NCBI GenBank assembly: GCA_031835245.2
Contig: JAVKOQ020000108.1
Coordinates: forward strand, 124,001 to 167,896
Direction of reading: 5' to 3'
DNA: 43,896 bases
From: Balamuthia mandrillaris
Lineage: Eukaryota
Notes under the pieces: generated by a model
The model's database searches: none
Seen by the model: only the letters and a program-made list of their open reading frames with translations
What the model was told of the DNA's origin: nothing
Shown here: piece after piece, positions 11,001 through 22,512 of the stretch
Layout of the letters: every line of letters starts with the position of its first letter
How positions within the stretch are numbered: position 1 is the stretch's first letter
Program-made: the position numbers and the translations under genes

Positions 11001-13283
11001 ATGTACACCTCCTCCAGGGCTTCCGTTGGGGGAACGCGTTCCTCCTCTTTTTCCAGATCTGACTTTAAGGAGGTCCAGAAAAGGCGGCAACGGGACTATT
11101 ACAGCAATGACGACGACGACGAGGATAGCCACAACGACAGCGGCAGCGACACCGAGGAACGCAGCAACGTCGAGGACAAGCCGTCACGGCTCCTCTATCA
11201 GCGGAGATCCTCCCCTTCTAAAGGCGGTAACTCTCTCGCCCACCGAACCGGCCCCAAACTACAACACAAGAAACGAGCGATGCTGAAACGAAAGGAGGCC
11301 CGACGGGAGCAAAGGGAAGGCCTCCACAAGAAGCGGCGGCGAGACAGAGAGGAGAACTCCTCCTCCGAGTCTGCCTATCCCTCCGACACAGAAGATTCTG
11401 CCTCTGACGCCGAGCGCGGCTCCCTCTCTCACGACAGCGAAAGGGAACAACACGAACAACTGCAGCAGCAACGGAAACAACAAAAGCTTACCCAACAACA
11501 GAAACAGCAACAACAAGCAGCAAAGAAAGCACAGAACGACCTGGCCCTCCACTTCTTGGAGCTGGTGGCCCAACAGCAGTACATGAGAGAAACAAAGAAG
11601 CAGGAGCAGAGAAAGGTGGTCGCTGAGCTGGCTAAGCACCTCCCACCGCTGCCTCTTCCCGAGGAAAGTGCTCCGGCTGCTCCTCGTACTTCCATTCCTT
11701 TCAACGACTTGATGGAAAAGCTTCATCGAGCTGCAGAATCCGGTAGTAACAACAAAAACAGCGCTTCTGTAGAGTCTTCATTCGTGGTGTCATCCACAGC
11801 AGCATCTACATTGACAAAGGCTTTGGCGAACTCACCTTCTCTTTTCTCTGAGGTACAACGAAACACGCACCGCATCATCGCGGAGCGACTTCATGAAAAG
11901 GAAGGAGAAGCTATCCACCGAATGAAGCTCGAGAACGAAGAGGAAAACCGACGACGAGGACTGCAAGATGAGGACAATGACGATGAAGACACCAACAACG
12001 ACGATGATGCAGACCGCAATAGCAACGATGACGAAGACGACGAAGAAGAGACACTCCTATCCTCGATGAACCCTCCTGGAGGAAGCAACGAATCGTCGTC
12101 CCCCTCTTCCTCATCCTCAGGTGAGTCCAAACGGAGGCCCCGAAGAGGGACCTCCTGGGAGGATCGCCTGGAACAGCTCAAAGAGTTCAAGAGCCGCTTT
12201 GGCCACTGCCAAGTGTGGTGGGGCTGGAAGGAAGTGCCCGGCTTGGCCCGTTGGGTTAGCGACACACGCACCCAGAAGAGAAAAGGATTGCTGCCACTGG
12301 AAAAGCAGATGCAGCTCACAGACATGGGCTTCCTATGGGAGTGTCGCGGTACGCCTGTACGGAATCGTGGCCGAGTCAAGAGCGGCGATGCTCGCTATTT
12401 CGTGATGCAGCAACAGCAACAACATGTTTCTGCAGTTGCTGCGGCTGCTGCCTCTTCTTCCGTTGTCTCTACATCTGCCTCTTCTCCTTCACTGGTCGCT
12501 GCCTCGGTCCTACCTTCTTCTGCAATGAGCCTTCATCACACAGCTTCCCGCCTTCCTTCTTCTCTTCAACTCGTTGATATGAATTTGGACAAACACCGCC
12601 TTCCTTCTCTCGCCGAAGACGCAACCTCTTCCTCCTCCTCTTCTTCTTCCTCTTCCCTTTCCGCCTTTCGAGGCGGTGGTGGACAATCCGCTTTCAATCC
12701 TCATCCCCATCGCCCTCTCCCTCACCACCCTTCTCAACAACAACAGCAACAATCCTTGACCCTTCCTTCTTTGCTTAACACCGCAAACGGCAACAACGGC
12801 GCAATGAACAACAACGGTGCTGGCGGAGCATCACCAACCACCTTGCCTTTGCCTCTCCCTTCCATGAAAGGACTTTCCTTGGGATTATCCGGCTTTACTT
12901 TCGGAGGAGGCTCAACAGCGTCTTCAACATCAGGAACCTCCTCGACATCCCCAACCACTTCTCTGACCGCACTTGGCGCTTTGCCTCCTGGCATGGGAAT
13001 GATGGGGATGGGCATGGGAATGGGCATGATGGGAATGGGAATGGGGATGGGCATGGGAATGGGTATGGGCATGGGAATGGGCATGGGCATGGGATTGGGA
13101 GGAATGGGGGTTGGAGGAGGAGCCGCTTCTGCCGCTCTGGGCTCCTTTTTGGCAAAGGAGTTGGACCCCAAACAGCAACAATCACAGTCGACGACAGCGA
13201 CAACAACACCCACCTCGAATACGCGTTGGAATATTCCTGTGGCTGATGCGGTTCGGACGGAAGCTCCTGTTTTTAACTATTGA
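11001..13283 (+). CDS. Intronless 760-aa low-complexity protein with one helicase-associated (HA) domain
   Basis: SWEDRLEQLKEFKSRFGHCQV...GLARWVSDTRTQKRKGLLPLEKQMQLTDMGFLWE fits the HA-domain pattern (W..r...L..Fk...GHc.VP...Lg.Wv..qR......L.....L...GF.W). Also basic NLS-like segments and polyQ, polyS and acidic tracts. Confidence 0.88.
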   Translation: MYTSSRASVGGTRSSSFSRSDFKEVQKRRQRDYYSNDDDDEDSHNDSGSDTEERSNVEDKPSRLLYQRRSSPSKGGNSLAHRTGPKLQHKKRAMLKRKEARREQREGLHKKRRRDREENSSSESAYPSDTEDSASDAERGSLSHDSEREQHEQLQQQRKQQKLTQQQKQQQQAAKKAQNDLALHFLELVAQQQYMRETKKQEQRKVVAELAKHLPPLPLPEESAPAAPRTSIPFNDLMEKLHRAAESGSNNKNSASVESSFVVSSTAASTLTKALANSPSLFSEVQRNTHRIIAERLHEKEGEAIHRMKLENEEENRRRGLQDEDNDDEDTNNDDDADRNSNDDEDDEEETLLSSMNPPGGSNESSSPSSSSSGESKRRPRRGTSWEDRLEQLKEFKSRFGHCQVWWGWKEVPGLARWVSDTRTQKRKGLLPLEKQMQLTDMGFLWECRGTPVRNRGRVKSGDARYFVMQQQQQHVSAVAAAAASSSVVSTSASSPSLVAASVLPSSAMSLHHTASRLPSSLQLVDMNLDKHRLPSLAEDATSSSSSSSSSSLSAFRGGGGQSAFNPHPHRPLPHHPSQQQQQQSLTLPSLLNTANGNNGAMNNNGAGGASPTTLPLPLPSMKGLSLGLSGFTFGGGSTASSTSGTSSTSPTTSLTALGALPPGMGMMGMGMGMGMMGMGMGMGMGMGMGMGMGMGMGLGGMGVGGGAASAALGSFLAKELDPKQQQSQSTTATTTPTSNTRWNIPVADAVRTEAPVFNY
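12990..13094 (+). repeat. Coding (GGNATG)n repeat encoding poly(Gly-Met)
   Basis: GMGMMGMGMGMGMMGMGMGMGMGMGMGMGMGMGMG inside the HA-domain ORF; Gly third positions vary (A/C/G/T). Confidence 0.95.
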
Positions 13284-13574
13284 TAAGTGGATATTTTTTT
13301 GGCCCCCCTCATTTTTTTTTGACGATGTAAATCTTCGTTTAGTTTTGTAACAAATGCAAACAAACAGCACCAAACAACCTGTTTCTTTCGTTGCTTCTGT
13401 CTTTCTCGTCGCTTCTGTCTTTCTTATCGTTTCATTCTTTCTTTCGTTCATTCATGCTTTCTTTCTTTCTTGTCGTTTCATTCTTTCTTTCGTCGCTTCT
13501 CTCCTACTTTTTCTTTGGTTGTCGACAAAAACAAAAAAAAGCCAAAGAAGAAAGTAGCGCAAAAACACCAAGAA

Positions 13575-14716
13575 ATGGGCAAGCTGCGAGTGTTACGGGT
13601 GTGTCGGGGTCTCTTGTACAGCATTCCCATCTTCTTCCTCCTCTTCCTTTCCCTGTGCCTTCCCTCACATGCAGGTTCTCTCTCTCTCTCTCTTTTTAAA
13701 GTTAAAATATTTTTTTTTGCTGAACATCTACTCACAACCAACCAAAGAACTGCCTAGAGCCGATGAGGAGCGGTTCCAAAAGTTCTCACTGCCCATGACA
13801 AGGCAGCAGCGGCAAAGCAACTGCTCCTCCGCGGCCACCTGCAGTCCCTGCGTGGAGCTCGAGGGCTGCAGCTGGTGCCTCACCGGCAAGTGCGTGCAGG
13901 ACGGGGACCCGGGCTGTCTGCAGCCCTACAAGGAGTGCTGCGACACCTACACGGACTGCGGCTCCTGCGTTTCCCATCAGACCTGCGGCTACTGCGAGAA
14001 TACGGGCTGCAGGAAGGGAAATGCCACCGGGCCTGCCACTGGACCCTCCGGCTGTACCACCAAGTGGTATTATCAGTCATGCCCATGTAACTTTCTCTCT
14101 CTCTGCTTCTCTTGTTCTCTCGCTCATTCTCTTCTTTGCTTCTCTGCTTCTTCTCTCCACTCTCTTCTCTCTTCGCTTCTCTCTTCTCCCTTTCTTCTCT
14201 CTTCTCTTCTTTTCTATCACCCTTTTCATTCCTTTATTCTCCCTACGTGCCTCACTAATGACCTTTGTATGCCTTCCAGCATCCCAAAAAGACAAAGGCA
14301 TCTCAGTGGACACCATTCTGCTAGGCTGTGGCATCGTCATAGGCGGTGTGCTTGCCCTCTTCGTCGTGTTCCTCCTGGTGGTCTTTGTGAGAAGAGCTCT
14401 GGTGCATCGCGCAGCCGCCAGGGCGTTGGCTGACTTTCAGAGGAAGAGACTGCAGCAACCCGTGTTGAGCGTTTCCGACAGTGAAGAAAGAGATCCAGCT
14501 GCCGCCGCTGCTTTTGGCATTGAAGCGGAAGACGATGCTTTGCTTGGTGGTGGAGGAGGAGATGCAGCAGTGGTGTATTCTCCTGGAATGGAAGCAACAA
14601 CCGCCTCGCCCGACTCGGAGTACAGTAGCTTGGCGCCGTTGATCAAACGGTGGAACATCGAGAAAGGATACACGGACTATGCCACCCTGAAGCGAATTGA
14701 AGATGTGGATAACTAG
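13575..14716 (+). CDS. Type I membrane protein with two PSI-like Cys-rich repeats (3 exons)
   Basis: Signal peptide MGKLRVLRVCRGLLYSIPIFFLLFLSLCLPSHA; CSSAATCSPCVELEGCSWC and CDTYTDCGSCVSHQTCGYC...WYYQSCP; TM segment ILLGCGIVIGGVLALFVVFLLVVFV followed by RR; cytoplasmic YSSL and YATL motifs. Confidence 0.85.
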
Positions 14717-15153
14717 ACGAGACCCCCACGCACATGATACTACCATGAAACAGAGTATTTATACTTTTGTTTGTTCGCTTTTTATTTATTATATTTTTGT
14801 TTCTTTTTTTTTCGAACAAGAATGTACCGAAACGTTTTTTTTTTTTTTGATGCTTAACTTTTCTTTCTTGTTGGCTTCCATTCTTGTGTGGCTTTTTCTT
14901 CGCGTGACGAGGAGAAGTCATATAGACACGAGAGAGGACAAGAGCGAGAATGATCCTGTCCATCTCCATACAGCCCCTCAAGCAGGAAAATTCCACTCCT
15001 CAGCATGTCTACAAAAAATAACAACGAAGAGAGAAAAAAAAAGATTAGACCGAATTCAATAAAGAGGGAACCTCTCGTTCATCTCTCTCTCTTCATCCTT
15101 CCACAAATAATAAAAGAAAAAAAGAGGAGCACAGCGGATTGATTGCCATCATC

Positions 15154-17106
15154 ATGAGGTATGTTGTTGACCACCAACAGGACGTTGGTTTTTTTTTTGG
15201 AGTTCGACATGAGATTCACTACTCGTTTTTTTTAAACAATTTGTTACTTTTTTTGTGGTGTGCAGTCGATCCCGCTCGGCGTCCAAATCGCCCTCTCGTT
15301 CTCGTTCTAGGTCGCCTGTTGCTGGAAAGTCACGTTCGCCTTCTAGATCTCCCTCCAGATCTCGATCACGTTCCCTTTCTGGTTCTCGCTCTCCTTCTCG
15401 TTCACGCTCCCGCTCTGGTTCACGCTCCCTTTCTCGTTCTCCATCTTCTAGAAGTCCAAGGTTCCCTCTCCTTCTCTCTGTCCCTCTTTCTCCCTTTCTT
15501 TCTCCCTCTGGCTTTCTTTCTCTTCTCTCTCTTCTCTCCATTTTTCTACCCCGTTCTCTCTCTCTCTCTCTCTCTCTTTTCTCGCAGCCTATCCTTCAGG
15601 TTCTTTTGTCTCCAATCTGATTTGTTTATTTTGGCTTTCTCGCTCCTTGCACTGCAACAGTCCTCATTATCGAAGGAGGAGCAGAGACCGTGGGCGCAGT
15701 CCTCGTGGAAGAAGCCGCAGCCCGCGTGGCAGAAGTCCTGCAAGGTTCGCTTTACTCTGCCAACCCTTCGCTTCATTGTTTATCTCTCTACTCTCATTTC
15801 TTGTGCTTTCTTCGTCTTGTCCGTTACGTCCTCTGTTTTTATTTATCTTCGCTCTTTCCTTCTCTGCCTTGCTGCTTCTATTCGCTCCTATCATCTCATG
15901 GCCTCATCTGCTTTTCAAACCTGAATAGAAAACGAACGCCTTCCCCTCCAAAAACAAAAGTTCATGTGGGCAAACTTACTCGTAACGTGAACGATGCACA
16001 CTTAAAAGAGATCTTTGAGAACTTTGGCACCGTGAAAAGCGTGGAAGTGATAATTAATCGTAAAACTAAGCTGTCTAAATGCTTTGGCTACGTTGAATAC
16101 GAGAATGAGGAAGCCGCCAAGGAGGCCATTCTTCGCATGGATGGGGTAATGCTTCTACTACCCAAATTTTTTCACTCTTCTCTCTCTCTCTCTCTCTCTC
16201 CTTTGTTTCCTTTCCTTCTCCCGCTTCCTTTCTCTTCTCTATTTCTTCATTGTATCGCTTTTTCATTTTATTTTTGTCTACAATCCTAACACTCTCTCTG
16301 TTCACAACATTAAGGCACAAATTGATGGTAACGTGGTTATAGTGGCACCAATGCTTCCTCCCAGGCGGCCTCCCTCTCCTCGCCCTTGGGGCAGAAGAAA
16401 TGGTATATTTACTTAGTGACTCTTACTACACTATTTACTCTTCTTCCCCCTCTCCTCTCGCTCTCGCTCTCGCTCTTCCCTCCCTCTTCTCTTACCTTCG
16501 CTCTTTTTCATCCTCTTCGCACAAACACTAACAATCAATACCCAAACACAAAATAAGGAGGACGTTTTCGTGCAAGAACTCCACCGCGAAGGGGTGGTTG
16601 GAGGCGCTCCCCTCCACGTCGCGGACCTCCCTACCGGGGAGGGCCGCCTCCCCCCTCTCGTTGGAGACGCTCTCGCACTCCCCCTCGTCGGCGCCGTTCT
16701 CCCTCTCCCCCAAGACGAGGCCGAAGATACTCCCGTTCCCGCTCTCCTCTCTCCCGTTCTCCTTCTCGCTCTCGTTCTCCTGTAGGTGGAAGAGGAGGAC
16801 GAAGAAGGCGTTCCTTCTCGCGATCGCCAAGCCCTGCTGCCGGCGGCCCCAACAAGCGAGGCCGATACTCGAGAAGTCCCTCCCCGCGTTCTTTCAGAGG
16901 TGGCAGGAGAGGAAGGAGCATAAGCTCCAGCCGTTCACGCTCTAGGTAAGTTCGTGCTTTACTTTGCTGATTTGTTTGCTTTTGGTTTTTTACCTTATCT
17001 TTTTCGGTGCTTTCTCGTTCTTCTTTGTCTTCTTCACCCTCCCCCTTTCTGTAAACTTGACCCAACTTCTCGCTGCAGAAGCTCCTCTCGGAGCCGGTCT
17101 CCCTAG
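15154..17106 (+). CDS. RNPS1: RNPS1/SR45-like RS-RRM-RS splicing factor (multi-exon)
   Basis: RRM TKVHVGKLTRNVNDAHLKEIFENFGTVKSVEV...LSKCFGYVEYENEEAAKEAILRMDG|AQIDGNVV closely follows the RNPS1/SR45 RRM. RS/SP-rich exons on both sides; ATGAG|gtatg start; TAG at 17104-17106. Confidence 0.9.
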
Positions 17107-18062
17107 CTGCGAAGGGACACCATATCGACGTGTGTGTTGCCCTTTTTTTTTTTTTTTTTAATGGCGTGAAGGCGAAGGAAAGTAAAGGAGGAGGGGGGGT
17201 GGGGGGTGTGGTGTTGTGTTTGATTTTTTATTGGATGCTTTTTTTTTTGGTTCAAAAATCAAGTGAGATCGTTGATTTATTATATTGTCGCTTCGTCGTC
17301 TCCTCCTTGTTTCTTTGAACTAACTTCACTGGTGTTTCCTCTCGGCCCCCTTCGCGTTTAAACTACCGTTGGTAACTCGCTTGTTTTTGTTTTTGTTTTT
17401 TTTGTTTGTTCTGTTTTTGTTTAACCGAGAGAGATAGGAGATAGATAAGCAAGGGTTGGTTGTCGTCGGTTTCCTTGCTCGGTTGCTGTTCTCGGTAAGA
17501 GCTTTTTGTTCGCTGTTATGAAAGTTCAAACATTTAAACTTTCATAACCGAATAAACAACTTTTTTAAAAAAGTGAAATAACGACGAAGAAGAAAAGCAA
17601 CAGATAAAAAGGGAAAAAAATAACAAACGAAAAAAAAGGACGCCTCATGCCCCACCTAGGGATAGAGACTAATAACGAGAGAGAAAGAAGGCTTTATAAG
17701 ACAAAAAAAAAATAAAATAAACAAACCACTTCAAACAACAACAACAAAAAACGGGCGCACAAAACAACAAACACATGGTGCACCGTTTTTTTTTTTTTTT
17801 ATGAACAACCTCATCGTTTGATTTATTTTTTTTGTGAACCCTTAGAGAGTGTTTTTTGGGACTGACAAACAAAAAAGATTATTATTTTTTGGATTATTAT
17901 TTTTTTGGGTGTTTGATCACCACCACCACCACAACAAAAAAAAAACCCACTTTCAATTATTCACACACAAAAAGCCAGATTGTTGATTTGATTTTTCGTT
18001 TTCACACACCAAACACGATTGGTGATTTGACATCAAACGCATACACACACACAAAAAAAAAA

Positions 18063-18595
18063 ATGAAGAAAAAAGAAGGACGTGGGGGTACCCGCGTCTC
18101 TCACAACGGGAGCGTTGCCCACAGAAAAAGCGACAGAGGCGAGGACGAAGAAGCAGAGGAGGAGCAGGAGGAAGAAGGCGAAGAACAAGAAGAGGCAGAA
18201 AAAGTTGACGAAGAAGAAGAAGAGATGAACAACCAAAAGGGCAAACTACACAAAAGAAACTCCTCCTCCTCCTCTTCATCTTCAAAAGAAGAAGAGGAGG
18301 AAGGAGGAGGAAAGGGAGAAGAAGAAACACAGGCACAGAACAACAAACGAAAGAGAAGCAGCAGAAGGAAGAGCTCAAAGCCACTCAAAGTGGACATCAC
18401 GAAGCAGCTCAACCACTTCTTGGCGGAGCGGTTGGGCGGGCGACGCAGCAAGCGGAAGCGACGCAGGACGGAGAGCTACCAGCCCGCCGCTCCCGCTGGC
18501 GTCTCCCTCAACGAGCTCGAGTTTGGCGACAGGTATGCTGTCGAGTGCAGCTATTGGCTTCGTCCCAAGCACCTCAAACGCTCTGGTTCGTGCAG

Positions 18596-18636
<41 letters not shown>

Positions 18637-20153
18637 TGTCGTTTGTTTTTGTCATGTGTTGGTTCTTTTACTTGTCATTTCTTTCTTTCTTGCTTTCTTT
18701 CTATAATGCTGTTTCGTTGTATTTTTCTTTGTCTTTATTTGGTTTTTCCTGTTGTCCTTCTTCCCTCTGTCCTCTCTGTTCTTCTCAGGTGTTCGTTGCT
18801 CCTTCCTCTCGTTCTAAATCGCTGTTGTAGGAGGACTGTCCTCGGCAGTGGTGCGACGGTTGGCAAAGAGAGGCGGCATGATGGCGATGGACCATTGGAC
18901 ACAACATCTGGACCCACAAGAGCTTCGTAAGTGCATGCCCAGTTATGCAGCAACAACGGGTGCTTGGAACTGGAACTTTGATGAGGATTTGCACATGTAC
19001 AAGAATGGATGCAGTAGCAGCACCGTCAGTTATGCTGGTAATGGTGCCAATGGAAATCACTCGACTCTGAATGGAAAAGCGGTGAATGGTTTGTCTCTTT
19101 TTGTTGCTGTTGCTGCTGTTCTTGTTCTTGTCTTGTTCTTCTTCTCCTTCTTCTCCTTCTCTCCTTCTCTGTTTTTTTTTTAAACTGCTCTTTTAAAACT
19201 TTGTTTTTGAATAATGTATCATAGCAGGAAAAGCAGGACCATCTACAGCGAAAGGAAAGAAAAAAACATTTGGCAACTCGAGTTGGAATGCTCGACACCG
19301 TCACCTCCTCTCCTCTTCCTTAGCAGAAGATGACGATGAAGAAGAAGAACTCGATGAACTTGCAGAAGAAGATGACGACGATTTTGAACGCGATCCACTT
19401 CTCTTCGACCCCTCTTCTCGTAGTCGTGCTTCTCTATCTTCTCAACAAAAACAAAAGCAAAAACGTCAAAAACAAAAACAAACGTCTCAACAACAACGAA
19501 TCGGAGCCAATGGAAGTTCCTGTCACTATTGCAAGAACAAAAAGTTGAAATGGGTCAACTGTCCAATCGTCGAGAGGCATCGCTATTGCGGTGCATGCCT
19601 CTCTCGACATTTTGGATACGACTTTGAAGAGGTTTGGAAAAAGTCGAGAAACGGAAACGGAATGTCTTCGCTGTGGCCGAACGGATGTCCGCTTTGTACT
19701 GGGCATTGCACTTGTGCCAAATGCAGAAGAGATAGTCTAAAGGGTTCATCTTCGTCATCAACATCTTCTCTCCTTCAACACAAAAAAGAGATTACAAACG
19801 GAAAACAGCAACAACAAAACGGAAAACTTATGGTGATAGAGGCAAATGGAAACGGAAATGCGAAGGGAAGTGGGAAAGGAATAAAGGTGGAAGCAACGCC
19901 GAAAAGAAAAGTGGGAAGACCACCAAAATATCGGAATAATAATGGAAAAAACAACAAAGAAGAAGATGAAGGAGGGGCAAGCAAAAGTGAAGAAGAGGAA
20001 GATAATGAAGAAAGGACAAGAAACGAACGAGAACGAGAAGCAAATGGGCACAATGGTTACAGCAACGGAAACAATAGATCTCCTTCATCATCGTCTCCTT
20101 CTCTCTCTTCTACCTTATCCTCTTCGACTTCTAAAAGGAGAGCGAAGACTTAA
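18063..20153 (+). CDS. Nuclear protein with a zf-4CXXC_R1-type zinc finger and an AT-hook (multi-exon)
   Basis: GSSCHYCKNKK...C...RYCGACLSRHFGYDFEEV...CPLCTGHCTCAKCRR resembles the CDCA7/JMJ-type zf-4CXXC_R1. AT-hook KRKVGRPPK; acidic and basic tracts. The middle splice junction (about 19082-19323) is uncertain. Confidence 0.8.
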
Positions 20154-20372
20154 GCAAACGGGTTACATGTTGGTGAAGAGAAATATAGACGTTGAACAGA
20201 AGCAAGCGAAGAGGAAGAAACTTGGTTTGTTTTTGTTGCTATTTTTTTAATGAAGCAATGGCATGGTTGAATTTTTGGTTTAACGTTGAATGTTTCTCCT
20301 GCTCTGGTCCCCTTCTCTCTCTTCTCTTCCTCCACAGTCTCGCTTCTCTTCTCTCTCTTCTCTTCCTCCTTC

Positions 20373-20468
20373 GCTCCTATCCTGGCTCCTGTCCTGGCTC
20401 CTGTCCTGGCTCCTGTCCTCTCTCCTATCCTGGCTCCTGTCCTATCTCCTATCCTGGCTCCTATCCTC
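20373..20468. repeat. 12-bp minisatellite, unit about GCTCCTRTCCTG, about 8 copies
   Basis: Directly visible: gctcctatcctg gctcctgtcctg gctcctgtcctg gctcctgtcctc tctcctatcctg gctcctgtccta tctcctatcctg gctcctatcctc. Confidence 0.92.
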
Positions 20469-20538
20469 GCGACAAGTCGACATTAATGTTTCCCGCCAAA
20501 TTTCTTAAGTAGAATTGACAATTCAAAACGAGAAAGAA

Positions 20539-22462
20539 ATGGAGAAAGAAAGAAAAGAGGTGGTGGTGATCGATCTCGCGGAGGAGGAGGAGGAGGAGGA
20601 AGAGGAACCGAGCGACGAAGAAAACGAGGCGCTGCAACGGGCTTTGGCGTTGTCGTTGCAAACGGAGGTGGAGGAGCCGAGGAAAAGCCTGAAACGAAGG
20701 AAAGAAGAAAACGAAGAAGAGGAAGAGCTCAAAAAAGCGATTGCGCTGTCGTTGTTGTCATCGTCATCAGCCGAGAAGAGCGCTTCTTCTGAATCTCCCA
20801 TAAAAAAGAGACCCAGAACAACAACAACGCAACAGTTTCCACAAACAACAAACGAACAAATAGAAGAAGACTTAAAGTTAGCTCTTGCTCTTTCTTTGGA
20901 AGAACAACAAAAAGGTACTTTAAAAAAAACAATGCTTTGGTTATAATGCCCATTTTTCTCACTTCCTTTCAAAACAAAAACATTCCTTCAGCTTCTTCGA
21001 GTTCACAGCGTTGCAACCTTTCTTTGTCGTCCTCGTCCTCTTCTTCTAACAGTGCACCAAGGTTCAAGTCTTCTTCCTCGTCATTCCGTTGTTTTGAAGG
21101 AAGCGGACTTTGCCTTAACCGCATCAGAGGCATGCCTCACCAGGCAAACACTAACGCTCTCTCCTTTGAGCAAATTATCGACGCTGTAAACCCTTCTCTC
21201 TGCTTATCTTCTTCTCATCCGCTTCTCTGCTTCTCTCCTTCATTCCTTCTTTTCTTTGATGTATAACTCGGCTCCCTTGTAAATAGGAGAATTTGCGTTC
21301 AGCTCTGATGACAACGTTTACATTGGACATTGAATGGCTGCTCTCCACGCTGCCTCCTCGTGGATTGCCTCTCACTCTCGTTCGTCACTGGGATAGAGTT
21401 GGTGGTGATAAGGTTCTCTCCTATTCTCTTATCCTATTCTCTTCTTCTTTCGACTGGTTTCTTGCAACAACTAAAGCGAGATTGTTGTGATGTAATAGGA
21501 AGGAGAGTTTCGAATGTCACGACTTGTTAAGATTATACATCCGCCGTTACTTCCTTGTGGTGGCTGTATGCATGCCAAAGTTTGTTCTCTCTCTCTCTCT
21601 CTCTATCTCGTTCTCTCTTTCTCTCTCTTAACTAACGTAACTACAGGTAATGATATTACAGTATGACGATTGTCTGAGAGTGTGTATAACATCAGCCAAC
21701 CTGACCAAAGAAGATTGGGACAGCATCGGTCAGAATATCTGGTTTCAAGACTTCCCTTTAAAGCAGACTTCTTCCTCCTCTTCTTCACCTTCCTCGTTTT
21801 ACATCTCTCTTAAACAATTTCTTCGCTCCATCAAGGTTCTTTCTCCTCGTTTCCTCTTTATTGTTTGCTTCTAAAAGAAAGCCATTCTCAATACAGGTGG
21901 ATTCAGAGGATTTGGAACAATATGACTTTAGCGGAGCAGAAGGGGAGCTGGTTGCAAGCGTTCCTGGTTGGCACAACCGAGATGCTCTCTACCAATACGG
22001 ACATATGCGGCTGCGTTCTCTGCTTCGCTCACTTATTTGGCCTCAAGTTAATGCACCAGCGTCATCTTCATGTCCCCCCATTGACTATCAGGTTCTTGTT
22101 CTAGTCTTTCTTCTCTTTCTTGTTTTTCTTGTTGTTCAAGCTCTTCTTATGCTTCTTCTTATACCTTGAAAACCATTTTGTAGATGTCTTCAATCGGGAC
22201 GTTGTACAAAACTTTTGTTAGCGAGTTTATAGAGAGCTTATCTGGAGCAGAGGAACAGAAGCGAATAGACAAGAGCGACAATAATAAGAACACAAGAGGT
22301 GCAACGAAAAAAAGAACCACAACTACCAAATCACAGTCTTCATCCTCTTCATCTCGGGTTTCCTCTCTTCCTTCGCTAAGGCTCATCTATCCTTCTGCTT
22401 CCACGGTTCAAGTAACTATCCCCTTCTCATCTCTCATCTCCCTCCCTCTCTCTCGTCTCTCG

Positions 22463-22512
<50 letters not shown>

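Noticed and set aside
8831..17106. Splicing-factor cluster (SF3A2 and RNPS1)
   Set aside because: They are separated by two unrelated genes; proximity is readily explained by chance.
17107..18062. Long AT-rich gap as a possible RNA gene locus
   Set aside because: Homopolymer-dominated; no tRNA, snRNA or rRNA features recognised.
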